The notes under the pieces were generated by a model. The model worked only from the letters and a program-made list of their open reading frames with translations. It did no database searches and was not told the DNA's origin. Below, piece by piece: positions 9,261 through 18,242 of a stretch of 55,965 nt of DNA. Source of the stretch: a virus (taxonomy: Duplodnaviria; Caudoviricetes); IMG/VR virus record IMGVR_UViG_3300033149_001514, positions 1-55,965 of that record. One strand, given 5' to 3'. Each line of letters begins with the position of its first letter. The first letter of the stretch is position 1. The translations under genes and the position numbers were made by a program.

Positions 9261-9563
9261 ATGTATACTGAGCAAATTACCAACCATACCAAAGCATGCA
9301 AGGACGCTAAATATAGTGTATGCCCTACCTGCGTTATATGCGGCAAGGAAGCAAGCTACGCTATTGTGGAGACCAATGAAAGCGGTAGCCATACCGTTTA
9401 TTATTGCCAGAGCCATGCCCAATTTTTTGACCCTGAGGACGGAGGACTTTGGCGGTGGGCTACCGCACAATGGGAGATCATGGATGGAGCGGTTGGCAAC
9501 CCCATTACCATAACCACCAACCATTGGATGCTTACCTTGCTAGGACTACATTACAGAGCGTAG
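9261..9563 (+). CDS. Early hypothetical protein with Cys/His cluster
   Basis: AGGAGG RBS; CPTCVICG...CQSH. Confidence 0.7.
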   Translation: MYTEQITNHTKACKDAKYSVCPTCVICGKEASYAIVETNESGSHTVYYCQSHAQFFDPEDGGLWRWATAQWEIMDGAVGNPITITTNHWMLTLLGLHYRA

Positions 9564-9577
9564 AACCCCAGCAACCC

Positions 9578-9613
9578 CCGCTGGGGTATGTATGTTACCC
9601 CAGCGGTTTTTTT
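9578..9613 (+). terminator. Intrinsic terminator
   Basis: CCGCTGGGGTA/TACCCCAGCGG stem followed by T7. Confidence 0.8.
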
Positions 9614-9656
9614 ACGGCACAGGACGCTAAAAATCATATTGTAGAGGAGCTAAAAA

Positions 9657-9878
9657 ATGTATAACATTAGGAACCTTGCAGACGCTATAGCAGACTTGGA
9701 GCACGGACAGAGTCCTATGGACGTACAGCACAATTGCCAGCAGGTGCTTGATATTTTGGAGCATATCCAGTTTGAGGTTGAAGAACTGGAAGCCAAGGCG
9801 ATGGAGACCCAAGATATGCTAGAAGAATTATTGGGGGATGCTTATAACCTTGCCAGTGATATTAGTGGCGTATATTAA
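9657..9878 (+). CDS. Small acidic helical protein
   Basis: GAGGAG RBS; about 16 D/E vs 2 K/R. Confidence 0.7.
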   Translation: MYNIRNLADAIADLEHGQSPMDVQHNCQQVLDILEHIQFEVEELEAKAMETQDMLEELLGDAYNLASDISGVY

Positions 9879-9906
9879 GCCCAGCCTTAAAAAAAAGGAG
9901 TGTAGG

Positions 9907-10131
9907 ATGGACAGCATTAGAAACGCATTAGAGAACTTGGGGTTGAAAGTGGAGCGTGTTACAGAAGCCAGAATAGTAGCAACGGCAATCGAGCGGACTT
10001 TGACAGGACTAGACCAAGCCACAGCCGACACTCTAGACCAGATTCTGGAATATTGGGCTACTGAGAATTGGGGCGAGTACGCAACCTATGCGGTGGTCTC
10101 ACCAACTGTAATCGAAGTGGATTTAGACTAA
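9907..10131 (+). CDS. Early hypothetical protein
   Basis: AAGGAG RBS before ATG 9907. Confidence 0.7.
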   Translation: MDSIRNALENLGLKVERVTEARIVATAIERTLTGLDQATADTLDQILEYWATENWGEYATYAVVSPTVIEVDLD

Positions 10132-10229
10132 AAGGAGTTTAGATGACAATTGCCATATACTACCTACCGCCCCACGCACTAAAAGCGTATTGCGGAATTT
10201 ATTAGAAGAGATTAGACAAGGAGTAAAAA

Positions 10230-10577
10230 ATGAACGAGCGAACCGCAGGTGTAGCAGATACCATTGAACGATTAGACAAGTCGGAGGACATTGTGGAATA
10301 CGCACGATATCGCACGGTAAGCATTTTCGAAACGACAAATAAAGACAAAATGATTATTAGCACAATGCGAAGTTTCTGGACATACACAGACCGCCCGGTT
10401 TCACTAAACGATTGTACGCACAGCCGTTCAAGAATAGGTCGTGTAACGCCCGAAAAAGCCATAGCCATATTAGATTGGCTAGAAAAGAACGGATTCGATA
10501 TACAGCCCAAGATTTCCGCCGATGGTACGGTATGGATAAACGCAGAGGACACAAAAGAATGGAGCGCTACAGTGTAG
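10230..10577 (+). CDS. Early hypothetical protein
   Basis: AAGGAG RBS. Confidence 0.65.
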   Translation: MNERTAGVADTIERLDKSEDIVEYARYRTVSIFETTNKDKMIISTMRSFWTYTDRPVSLNDCTHSRSRIGRVTPEKAIAILDWLEKNGFDIQPKISADGTVWINAEDTKEWSATV

Positions 10578-10708
10578 TAAAAATCGATTCTAAAAGGCGG
10601 GCATGGCGCAAGCCTATCAATTATAACCAACGCCGTCTACCGCCCGCCTAACACGTTGTAACATGGTTGTAGAAACGGACAGAATACATTTAGAAAAGGA
10701 GAGCGGAA

Positions 10709-10927
10709 ATGAACCCCATAAACGACCTAATTTTTGCGCTGAAGAAATTCGAAGAATGTAATACGGCGAGCGAGTTATCAGAAGCCGTATTCGATGCTAT
10801 GTGCGCCGCAGATGAGCTTAAGGTAGAGTTAGCCCATATTGAAGAAAGAGCTGACAACCTTGAGCGTGCGGAAGCGGAACTGATAAATGAAGCTCGCGAC
10901 CTGTGCGAATTGGTGCGAGACTTATAG
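10709..10927 (+). CDS. Small acidic helical protein, probable paralogue of 9657-9878
   Basis: AAGGAG RBS; similar length and residue pattern. Confidence 0.7.
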   Translation: MNPINDLIFALKKFEECNTASELSEAVFDAMCAADELKVELAHIEERADNLERAEAELINEARDLCELVRDL

Positions 10928-10937
10928 CCCTACAAAG

Positions 10938-10970
10938 CGGGGGTGCGGTGCTGCCCGCACCCCCGAATTT
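10938..10970 (+). terminator. GC-rich hairpin, terminator-like
   Basis: CGGGGGTGCGG/CCGCACCCCCG stem with weak T tail. Confidence 0.5.
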
Positions 10971-11011
10971 AATGTGCACATTAAATCGGGTAGACAAGGA
11001 GCAAAGCGAAT

Positions 11012-11209
11012 ATGGCTAAACGAATAATGGTGGTTAAGACCGAACAGACTTACAGACATCAGATCGAGTGCCGATATTGCGGGTTGCTGTTCTCGGAAGA
11101 GACCAATTGCCCCGTGCCAACAGACAGGCTTTACCGGAGGCGAGACGAGCATGTAAGGTTGAGCCACAGCAGGGAGTACTGGAATACGTGGGTGAAGCTT
11201 AACGACTAG
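11012..11209 (+). CDS. Small zinc-finger-like protein
   Basis: AAGGAG RBS; CRYC...HVRLSH. Confidence 0.6.
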   Translation: MAKRIMVVKTEQTYRHQIECRYCGLLFSEETNCPVPTDRLYRRRDEHVRLSHSREYWNTWVKLND

Positions 11210-11226
11210 ACATAGGAGAGATAAAA

Positions 11227-11550
11227 ATGACAGCGTTTACACCAGAAGATTTTCGGATGAACCTGGAAGTAAAAAATAATATTAGCAAGAAGCAGTTAGC
11301 AGAGAGGATTTACGGCGGGATAACTTACGATACGGCATTGCCCCAGCAGTGGATAACATGGGCAAGCAAGCTGAGCGTGCTGGCAGGAGACTATAAGGAC
11401 ATGGAGTTCTTTTGTCAGCACTTCGTGTGGTTATATCCGCATGGTAATGTAATGGGGCAACCCGCCCCGCTAACGCTGGAAGCGTGCGATGTGCTAGAGC
11501 AAATAATCGAAGAGACCAAAAATAAGGTATTAGGAGGTGTAGCATGGTAA
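11227..11550 (+). CDS. Early hypothetical protein
   Basis: AGGAG RBS. Confidence 0.7.
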   Translation: MTAFTPEDFRMNLEVKNNISKKQLAERIYGGITYDTALPQQWITWASKLSVLAGDYKDMEFFCQHFVWLYPHGNVMGQPAPLTLEACDVLEQIIEETKNKVLGGVAW

Positions 11551-11756
11551 GCATTGGAAGATACCCGCTACTTCAGGCAATCTATGCAGACCGGGATACG
11601 GGCATAATGCAAGCGTATTTCCAGACCAAGGGAACGGGGCGATGTATCATTAAGGTAGTTATGTACCAAGACCGATATTGCCCCCCGCATGTAGAGTATT
11701 TAACGCAGGAAGAATACTTGGCGGAATGCGGTCACAATACGCTAGAGGAAGCTTAA
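11544..11756 (+). CDS. Early hypothetical protein
   Basis: AGGAGG RBS; overlaps upstream stop. Confidence 0.65.
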   Translation: MVSIGRYPLLQAIYADRDTGIMQAYFQTKGTGRCIIKVVMYQDRYCPPHVEYLTQEEYLAECGHNTLEEA

Positions 11757-11774
11757 AAAAAGGAGCTAAAGACA

Positions 11775-12209
11775 ATGGCAGATTTTATCCGAGACATGGG
11801 CAATATAAACACCGCCATAGAGGACATGCGAGAAGAGCTTGAAGACTGGCTCATTGCCCTACAACAGCAGAATTATTGGGATATGTACATGCCAACAACG
11901 GGGTGCTACATAGAAGTCCGCCTTCGATATGTGGAGGGCAATATGTACCACCACAGCGGTAGCCCACAATACGACCAAGACCACAGAGGGGCATGGGCGT
12001 ATGGTGTTATAACGCCTGATAATGAGCCAGCGGTTGTGCTGGATGAGATGGTGGAGGAGCTTAAAGAAAACTACCATATATGGCTTATGGAGACCATGAG
12101 CAGGGAAGAGAAAAGCGAGCTGGACAGATTGGAGCATGGAGACCAGCTTGGCGACTTGGAAAGAGAGAATTACCAGTCTACAAAAAACGCTGGTGCGGGA
12201 AGCGTATAA
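11775..12209 (+). CDS. Acidic early hypothetical protein
   Basis: AAGGAG RBS; strongly D/E-rich. Confidence 0.7.
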   Translation: MADFIRDMGNINTAIEDMREELEDWLIALQQQNYWDMYMPTTGCYIEVRLRYVEGNMYHHSGSPQYDQDHRGAWAYGVITPDNEPAVVLDEMVEELKENYHIWLMETMSREEKSELDRLEHGDQLGDLERENYQSTKNAGAGSV

Positions 12210-12265
12210 TGCCGTATGCTGGGAATATTGGAAACCCCAAGCTTAACAAATTTGGAGGAACCCCT

Positions 12266-12559
12266 ATGGAAGAAATCCATATAACCGACTTGCGAAAATT
12301 CCTTAACGACAAAGAAGAACAGCGTAATGAAGAGGAGAGCACCAACCAAAAACCAAATGCCCGTTATGCCCCACCGCCGCCCACTATACCCATGCTTATC
12401 CGGGATGTTCTGGTCGCTTATTTCTCCAATAAGCAAACCCTATCCCATAAGCACCCCAAGACCATTAACTCCCTCCTATATTTTGCCCTGTGCTACATTA
12501 CCGCCCTGCTACTGGCAATCTTTACCTACCACTTGCTTGTAGCTCTGTTTATAGGATGA
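12266..12559 (+). CDS. Hypothetical protein with C-terminal TM helix
   Basis: GGAGG RBS before ATG 12266; hydrophobic C-terminus. Confidence 0.55.
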   Translation: MEEIHITDLRKFLNDKEEQRNEEESTNQKPNARYAPPPPTIPMLIRDVLVAYFSNKQTLSHKHPKTINSLLYFALCYITALLLAIFTYHLLVALFIG

Positions 12560-12609
12560 TTATTACCCCATGAGTAGCCAGTGTACTTCTGGCTACTAAG
12601 CACTTCGTA

Positions 12610-12650
12610 GCCCCGCCGGGCGCAAGAAAGTCAGCCTCCGGCGGGGTTTT
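12610..12650 (+). terminator. Intrinsic terminator ending the early operon
   Basis: CCCCGCCGG/CCGGCGGGG stem followed by TTTT. Confidence 0.65.
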
Positions 12651-13592
12651 AATATCTCAAAGAGGGAAGCGGGTGAGCAAGGATATACCCCCACCCTAAG
12701 CGGGAAAGCTTAACAAAATCCCCCACCCTGCTCCCACCGGATAGGGGCAAAAAGAGGTTCATCCCCCACCGAGGATGCTTTTTACATGGGCGGGTTGTAG
12801 CTCATCCCCCACCATACCCCCGAGCGGGGTGGCTCAAGAAAATCCCCTCGAAAGAGGGAGCGGAAAAATCCAAAGAAAGGACGCTCTAAAAACGCTCTTA
12901 TATAACTCCCTCTTTACAAAAAAACAACTAGGACTGGACGCTGTTTTAAGAGGATTTGCGGGGGCATAGATACCCCGCCCATATAACCAATAAAAGACCC
13001 CTCATTCCACCGCCTAGGACGCTGTATAGTACCCTACCCCAACTACCAGCATGAGACCCCCTGCCCTACCACATGCAACTACTACCAGCACGCTATCCCC
13101 CATTCGTGACGTACCCCACCCCATACCCCGCCCATGCAATACCCCCCACCCCCTATTCCCCCCACGCCCCACCCCGTGCTCACCCAGCACGGTACGCTGT
13201 ACCGACATATACCCCTAGACGCTCTGTCATCCGATTATTAGCGTGTTACACAAGCGTTTACAGCACAGGCATATTTATTATCGGAGGATAAATAATTCCC
13301 AGCACAGACGCTTGCGTCCAGCCCTAAGCGGTTTGCCATTCTGCTGACGGTATTGCGGGAGCGTGACGGATTTTCGTTGTTGGGAGAACGGACGGACGCT
13401 AAAACCACCGCCCCCCATCAAAATTAGTGGCGGAAAAAATACGAAAAGACAGGTGCGGGTGAGATTTTTTTTAAAAAAAAATTTGGGAAAAAAATATGCA
13501 TGAGAAAAGGGGGACAGGGCAAAAGGGTTGGGTCTTGTCAAACGGGGGAACGGTGGTAAAATAACCAGTAGGGAAGGTGATAAAAAAAATAG

Positions 13593-14054
13593 GTGAAGGA
13601 GGTCGGGAAATGGCGGGGGGTCTACGCAAGCGGGTATCAGGATAAATACGAGGAGGCGGAAATGGGCAGGAAGGGAAGAAAGGGGGTGCGGGTGCGGTAT
13701 GCGGTAAAGCCCACGAGGAATGAGCTGGTGTGGGAAAGAGATGAACTGTGCGATGTGTGTCGTGTGCTGTTCGCCGAAAACAATCATATAACGAATAGCT
13801 GTCATGTCGGGTCGGAGCGTCATCACGGGCTTTTCAAATGTATGAAAGACGTGCCGACACTAGACCTTAAATATAATCTGTTTCTGGTCTGTAAATCCTG
13901 TCACGAGAAAAGAGTGTGGGGAGACCGCATAAAATACCTGCTGTGGGAATTGCAATGCAGAAGGTATGGGCGAGAGGTGATGATGAACTGGTGGGAGAGT
14001 GTGCCTTTTTCAGATAAGCCGAGATTTTGGCTGTTGGGAGGTGGAGATGAGTAA
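13593..14054 (+). CDS. HNH-like zinc-binding nuclease (start uncertain)
   Basis: CDVC...ERHH...NLFLVCKSCHEK. Confidence 0.6.
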   Translation: MKEVGKWRGVYASGYQDKYEEAEMGRKGRKGVRVRYAVKPTRNELVWERDELCDVCRVLFAENNHITNSCHVGSERHHGLFKCMKDVPTLDLKYNLFLVCKSCHEKRVWGDRIKYLLWELQCRRYGREVMMNWWESVPFSDKPRFWLLGGGDE

Positions 14055-14274
14055 ATTAATTTATCCGGAGTATTACTGCGGTACAGCCGTTCCTATGTCC
14101 GGTGGAACAGGGTGGCATAATTGGGGGCTTGTGTCCTGTGATGCGGTGGTCGAGTATGTGGACGGGCAGGTAAGAGGAGGAGTGAATTGGCGGTGCGGGT
14201 ATTGTAGGCAGGTCAATGAATTTATCCACACTTGCTGCAAGCATTGTGGAGCAGAACAAACGGAGGCAAAATAA
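14047..14274 (+). CDS. RanBP2-type zinc-finger protein
   Basis: WRCGYCRQVN...CKHCG; GGAGG RBS. Confidence 0.55.
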   Translation: MSKLIYPEYYCGTAVPMSGGTGWHNWGLVSCDAVVEYVDGQVRGGVNWRCGYCRQVNEFIHTCCKHCGAEQTEAK

Positions 14275-14275
14275 C

Positions 14276-14500
14276 ATGATTGATATTAGCAAGTGGCTGT
14301 TCAGACTGGATAAAGGCTCGCTCCCGATGGGGTATGTGGAACTAGTACTTATAAGGATTGGGGATGGGCTGTATAGGGCTATGGAAGATACTTTTATCAG
14401 CGATGTTGATTTGAAGTTTGACCAAGAGAGCAAAAGATATAAGTTCTGCATTAAAGGGTCTTGTATAAAAATTACAGAATGCGAGGTAGAGCATGAATAA
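14276..14500 (+). CDS. Hypothetical protein
   Basis: GGAGG RBS; tight operon packing. Confidence 0.55.
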   Translation: MIDISKWLFRLDKGSLPMGYVELVLIRIGDGLYRAMEDTFISDVDLKFDQESKRYKFCIKGSCIKITECEVEHE

Positions 14501-14741
14501 AAGAATGATTGCTGTGGAGTCGATATCACTTGGGGAGCGGCTACTGCTCGCCATGCACAGGAAGAACATTAGTGTGGAAGAGATGATATATAATACAACC
14601 CTGTCCGCTAAAATAGTCGATAAAATATTGAAGGACGATATATGGGATATAAAAATCGGGCGACTGATAGAAGCGTTTCGTGCGCTGGATATGGATTTGG
14701 GGGTAGTCATAAAATTGGAGGACACTAAAGATGCCTGTTGA
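14493..14741 (+). CDS. HTH-like protein
   Basis: LGERL...RKNISVEEM...LSAKIVDKIL, XRE-like pattern. Confidence 0.5.
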   Translation: MNKRMIAVESISLGERLLLAMHRKNISVEEMIYNTTLSAKIVDKILKDDIWDIKIGRLIEAFRALDMDLGVVIKLEDTKDAC

Positions 14742-15090
14742 TTACAGCAAATACCCGCCTAATTGGAAAACAGAAATTGTGCCCGCCATATTGGCAAGGG
14801 CGGGTGACAGGTGCGAGTTCTGCGGGTTAAAGAACGGCTCCTATGTCTGGTCTTTTAAGGTTGATTTGCAGGAGAATAGCACGGGAAAGAAATATACGAC
14901 CACATTATGGTCGCTGGATAAAAGGCAGTACAATATGTTCAAATCAGCTAGGGGTCTGAAACGGGTGAAGGTGATTCTGACAGTTGCCCATTTAGACCAC
15001 GACCCTGAGAATTGGGAAGTAACAGTAGATAGGTTGAAGGCACTTTGCCAAAGGTGTCATTTTCAGTATGATAGGGAGCATAAGAAGTGA
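14731..15090 (+). CDS. HNH endonuclease family protein
   Basis: YPPNWK...CEFCG...LTVAHLDHDPEN...LCQRCH. Confidence 0.8.
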   Translation: MPVDYSKYPPNWKTEIVPAILARAGDRCEFCGLKNGSYVWSFKVDLQENSTGKKYTTTLWSLDKRQYNMFKSARGLKRVKVILTVAHLDHDPENWEVTVDRLKALCQRCHFQYDREHKK

Positions 15091-15183
15091 AATGGAGAAA
15101 GATAATCACATTGATTATTATTGATATTTTTATGTTTATTCTGTTCGTTATCGTAATAATGATGATAAGGCTGGGATATTGAA

Positions 15184-15378
15184 ATGACTGTAATAGGCGG
15201 CGGATGGATTTGCCCGGATTGTAATAATTGGATAAACGAGGGGGAGACCCACACTTGCCCGAAGTATAATACTGTGCATACAGGGTATTATCAGCTTTGT
15301 TCTAATCACGAAAAGCGGGTGGAAGAAAAGCTGGACAGGATAATCGAGTTGCTGGAAAAGGCGATAGGTGAGATATAA
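15184..15378 (+). CDS. Small zinc-binding protein
   Basis: WICPDC...HTCP. Confidence 0.55.
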   Translation: MTVIGGGWICPDCNNWINEGETHTCPKYNTVHTGYYQLCSNHEKRVEEKLDRIIELLEKAIGEI

Positions 15379-15581
15379 TGCTTGCATTTACATTCGAGGA
15401 CGAGGGCAAGACGTGGATTATTACCCCCATAATACGCTGGAAACAGTATCGCAATCCAGAAGACCCTGCGGTACTTGCGTCAGAATGGGGAGTAAAATTA
15501 CAACAATACTGCTATAATGAGAAAGACCCCGAAGATGGACAGTGGTTCGATATAAACACGGAGGGATATAATGAGCCTTAA
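15378..15581 (+). CDS. Hypothetical protein
   Basis: TAATG coupling. Confidence 0.55.
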   Translation: MLAFTFEDEGKTWIITPIIRWKQYRNPEDPAVLASEWGVKLQQYCYNEKDPEDGQWFDINTEGYNEP

Positions 15582-15870
15582 TAAATATTCCAGGCTGATT
15601 GGCGACGAGGTGGTTCATCATAAAATCATGCCAGAAATTATGTACGAAAAACCAGAACTTCACGAACTGGTCGGAATAGTGCGCAAGCGCAAGGGATTGT
15701 CTCAGGCCGAGCTTGCGGAGAAGTCCGGCGTGAGCCGCAACTCTATTGCCAAGTTCGAGCGGGGAGAGACAGCCCCGCAGTTGGAGACGGTGATAAAAAT
15801 ATTGGAAGCATTGGACTACGAAATGGGCGGTGATGAAATCCTGCTCCTATCCGGTTATTTGAGTAACTAA
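15571..15870 (+). CDS. XRE-family HTH transcriptional regulator
   Basis: RKRKGLSQAELAEKSGVSRNSIAKFERGE. Confidence 0.9.
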   Translation: MSLNKYSRLIGDEVVHHKIMPEIMYEKPELHELVGIVRKRKGLSQAELAEKSGVSRNSIAKFERGETAPQLETVIKILEALDYEMGGDEILLLSGYLSN

Positions 15871-16079
15871 TGGCTATATCAGCTTGGCATATAAAGCTTT
15901 TGGATGATGCCAGCGAGGGAGATAAATGTCCAGAGTGTGGGAGCGAATACACGCACAGCCCCGGACCTTTTAAAAAATTTCCCCTGTTCGATTATGAAAT
16001 GGGCTGGCGATTATGCTATTCGTGTGGAAAAACTACCCAAAGGCTCTATCCACAAAATAACCAGCCTCTAATAGAATAA
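15870..16079 (+). CDS. Zinc-ribbon protein
   Basis: CPECG...CYSCG. Confidence 0.6.
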   Translation: MAISAWHIKLLDDASEGDKCPECGSEYTHSPGPFKKFPLFDYEMGWRLCYSCGKTTQRLYPQNNQPLIE

Positions 16080-16093
16080 CTAGGAAGTGGTAA

Positions 16094-16576
16094 ATGTTAG
16101 AGCACTCACAGGGAATAGGACAGGCGTTTGAAGATGCTGTTATGTGGGAAGCGAAAGCGTCTGGTATCTATGTCATAAAACAGCACCCCGAAACCGTTTT
16201 TGTAGCAAAAGGGCAGGGTAGGGTTACGGGGAAAGCATGGGTTGACTTTATTGGCATTTATAAAGGTCTCGCTTTCACATTCGATGCCAAAACCACAATC
16301 AATAAACGAAGCTGGAAACCACCAAAAAAATTTGAACACCAATACTGGAACATGAAAGACGCAAGCCCCCACATGCCTTGCTTTTATTTGATTGAGTGGC
16401 GGTATTACGGGCAGGTGGAATTGTTTCTTGTACGCCCTTATAGCCCCTACCCGTTCTATTGTCGTTATGGACAGGGAAATTATAAAGTAAACTCGCTGAG
16501 CAGTGGCTGGTTTGGAGCAATTATCGAAACGGCATTTAGATTTTATGACGGAGGGTATGATGGAATCTCGGACTAA
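16094..16576 (+). CDS. recU: RecU-like Holliday junction resolvase
   Basis: GQAFE...VDFIGIYKG...FDAKTT, PD-(D/E)xK pattern typical of RecU. Confidence 0.75.
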   Translation: MLEHSQGIGQAFEDAVMWEAKASGIYVIKQHPETVFVAKGQGRVTGKAWVDFIGIYKGLAFTFDAKTTINKRSWKPPKKFEHQYWNMKDASPHMPCFYLIEWRYYGQVELFLVRPYSPYPFYCRYGQGNYKVNSLSSGWFGAIIETAFRFYDGGYDGISD

Positions 16577-17318
16577 TTTGCTGGACAAGGCACAGGAGAT
16601 AGACGGAGAACAATTACGAATTATTTATGTGCGGTTAGACGACCTCACATTTTGGGCTGATAATCCCAAAAAGCACGATATAGATGGGCTGATTGAGAGT
16701 ATGCTTATGCACGGGTTCAGGGATGCTCCAATATTTGACGATAAACTCAATGACGGAAAAGGGGGCATTGCGGGGGGGAATGGCAGGCTGGAAGCTCTTA
16801 TGGTTATGTATGAGGGGGGGCATCACGACCCGCCAAGGGGAATATTATTGGATAAAGACGATGGTATGTGGTGTATGCCAATTCAATTCGGTATCAATGC
16901 CGAATCGGAAGAACTTGCGGAAGCCTTTGCGGTAGACCATAATAACTTAACGCTTGGCGGTTCGGGTCTTGGGGCGGTAGATATAGCCCTGCTGTGGAAT
17001 GACGATTATCCTGTATTGCTGGAAAAGCTGGATACCAAGAATGTGGTTTCCATTACCGATGAAGATATGAAAATTCTACGGCGGTGGCAAAAACCGCCGA
17101 GCCTTAAAGACTTGGAAGGCGAATTGGGCGAAGATGTGGAAGGGGAGGATGACCCAATGCTGTCGTTCAGGGTTAGCAGGGAATTGTACGAATTGTTTTG
17201 GGGAATAATTGGGCGTGGAACAAACGAAGAAATGAGAGAATCCCTTACTCATGTGCTAAAGGTATACGAGGAAGTGAAGGATGATTATCCAAGAAAGACC
17301 AATGAAGATACTGATTAG
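16557..17318 (+). CDS. ParB/Srx N-terminal domain protein
   Basis: DNPKKHD...ESMLMHGF...IAGGNGRLEAL...DHN. Confidence 0.75.
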   Translation: MMESRTNLLDKAQEIDGEQLRIIYVRLDDLTFWADNPKKHDIDGLIESMLMHGFRDAPIFDDKLNDGKGGIAGGNGRLEALMVMYEGGHHDPPRGILLDKDDGMWCMPIQFGINAESEELAEAFAVDHNNLTLGGSGLGAVDIALLWNDDYPVLLEKLDTKNVVSITDEDMKILRRWQKPPSLKDLEGELGEDVEGEDDPMLSFRVSRELYELFWGIIGRGTNEEMRESLTHVLKVYEEVKDDYPRKTNEDTD

Positions 17319-18213
17319 TTATGCGTATTTTCAGAAGGTGGATTTAGAAGCGGTAATACAAAGGGCGTTTGGAGACAACAGACCCATTATTTTTGCGGAC
17401 AGCGGGGCTGTGACCGCTTTTACTAGAGGAAAGAAAATATCGGTACAGGAATATTCGGATTGGCTTTTAAAATGGAAGCACCTGTTCTCGGTGTACGCCA
17501 ATTTGGACGTTCTAACAAATGTGCAAGAAGGATTGGATAATTTGCAGTATATGGAAAGTCGTGGGTTAGACCCCCTGCCTGTATTTCACTCTAGTGAAGA
17601 CTTTGCCATTCTGGAAGCCTTTTTGGATAAGTACGATTATGTCGCTCTTGGAGGCGTGGCTATGAATTACCGCACTTCCGCAGACTTTTTAAAACGGTGG
17701 TTTCTAAAATGTTTCAAGCTGGCGGAAGCTACCAATACCCGCATACATGGTTTTGGAATATCGGCTTGGGATATTCTCAAAATGTTTCCTTGGTTTTCGG
17801 TGGATAGTTCTACTTGGGGCGGCGGTTTCCGTTTCGGAGGAGTGCCTTTATTTAATCCAGACAAAGGCACATTTCAGACTATTCAGTTAGGCAATCGAAA
17901 GAAGGTATATAAGAACGCAGAAATAATTAAGCGGTACGGGTTCGACCCTGAAGAATTTGCAGACAGAGAAAAAAACACCCGCAGTGCCAATGCTTCCCTC
18001 TCCGCTTTGTCTTATATGCTGGCAGAGGAATGGCTGTGGAAATATTGGGGTAAAGAACAGCCGAGATATTATATGGCAGATTCCGCTTCCGGCATGGAAA
18101 ATTTTAGGCTTGCCCAGCAAGGTATTTCTATATTTTTGGTAGAGGTAAGACAGGAAATGGGTGATATAAAATGCTTGGAGGACAGAAAGAGAAATTGCAG
18201 TAATAGCAATTGA
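17302..18213 (+). CDS. dpdA: TGT-fold DNA deazaguanine transglycosylase (DpdA-like)
   Basis: FADSGA, ANLD, PVFH, ALGG, IHGFG, SVDSSTW motifs; adjacent to que genes. Confidence 0.78.
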   Translation: MKILISYAYFQKVDLEAVIQRAFGDNRPIIFADSGAVTAFTRGKKISVQEYSDWLLKWKHLFSVYANLDVLTNVQEGLDNLQYMESRGLDPLPVFHSSEDFAILEAFLDKYDYVALGGVAMNYRTSADFLKRWFLKCFKLAEATNTRIHGFGISAWDILKMFPWFSVDSSTWGGGFRFGGVPLFNPDKGTFQTIQLGNRKKVYKNAEIIKRYGFDPEEFADREKNTRSANASLSALSYMLAEEWLWKYWGKEQPRYYMADSASGMENFRLAQQGISIFLVEVRQEMGDIKCLEDRKRNCSNSN

Positions 18214-18242
18214 CATTTTGAGCTTAGCGAAGGAAGGGATGG

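Noticed and set aside
12775-13826. ORFs in the right non-coding flank (12775, 13014, 13073, 13278)
   Set aside because: Low-complexity Pro/Gly translations of C/G runs with no RBS
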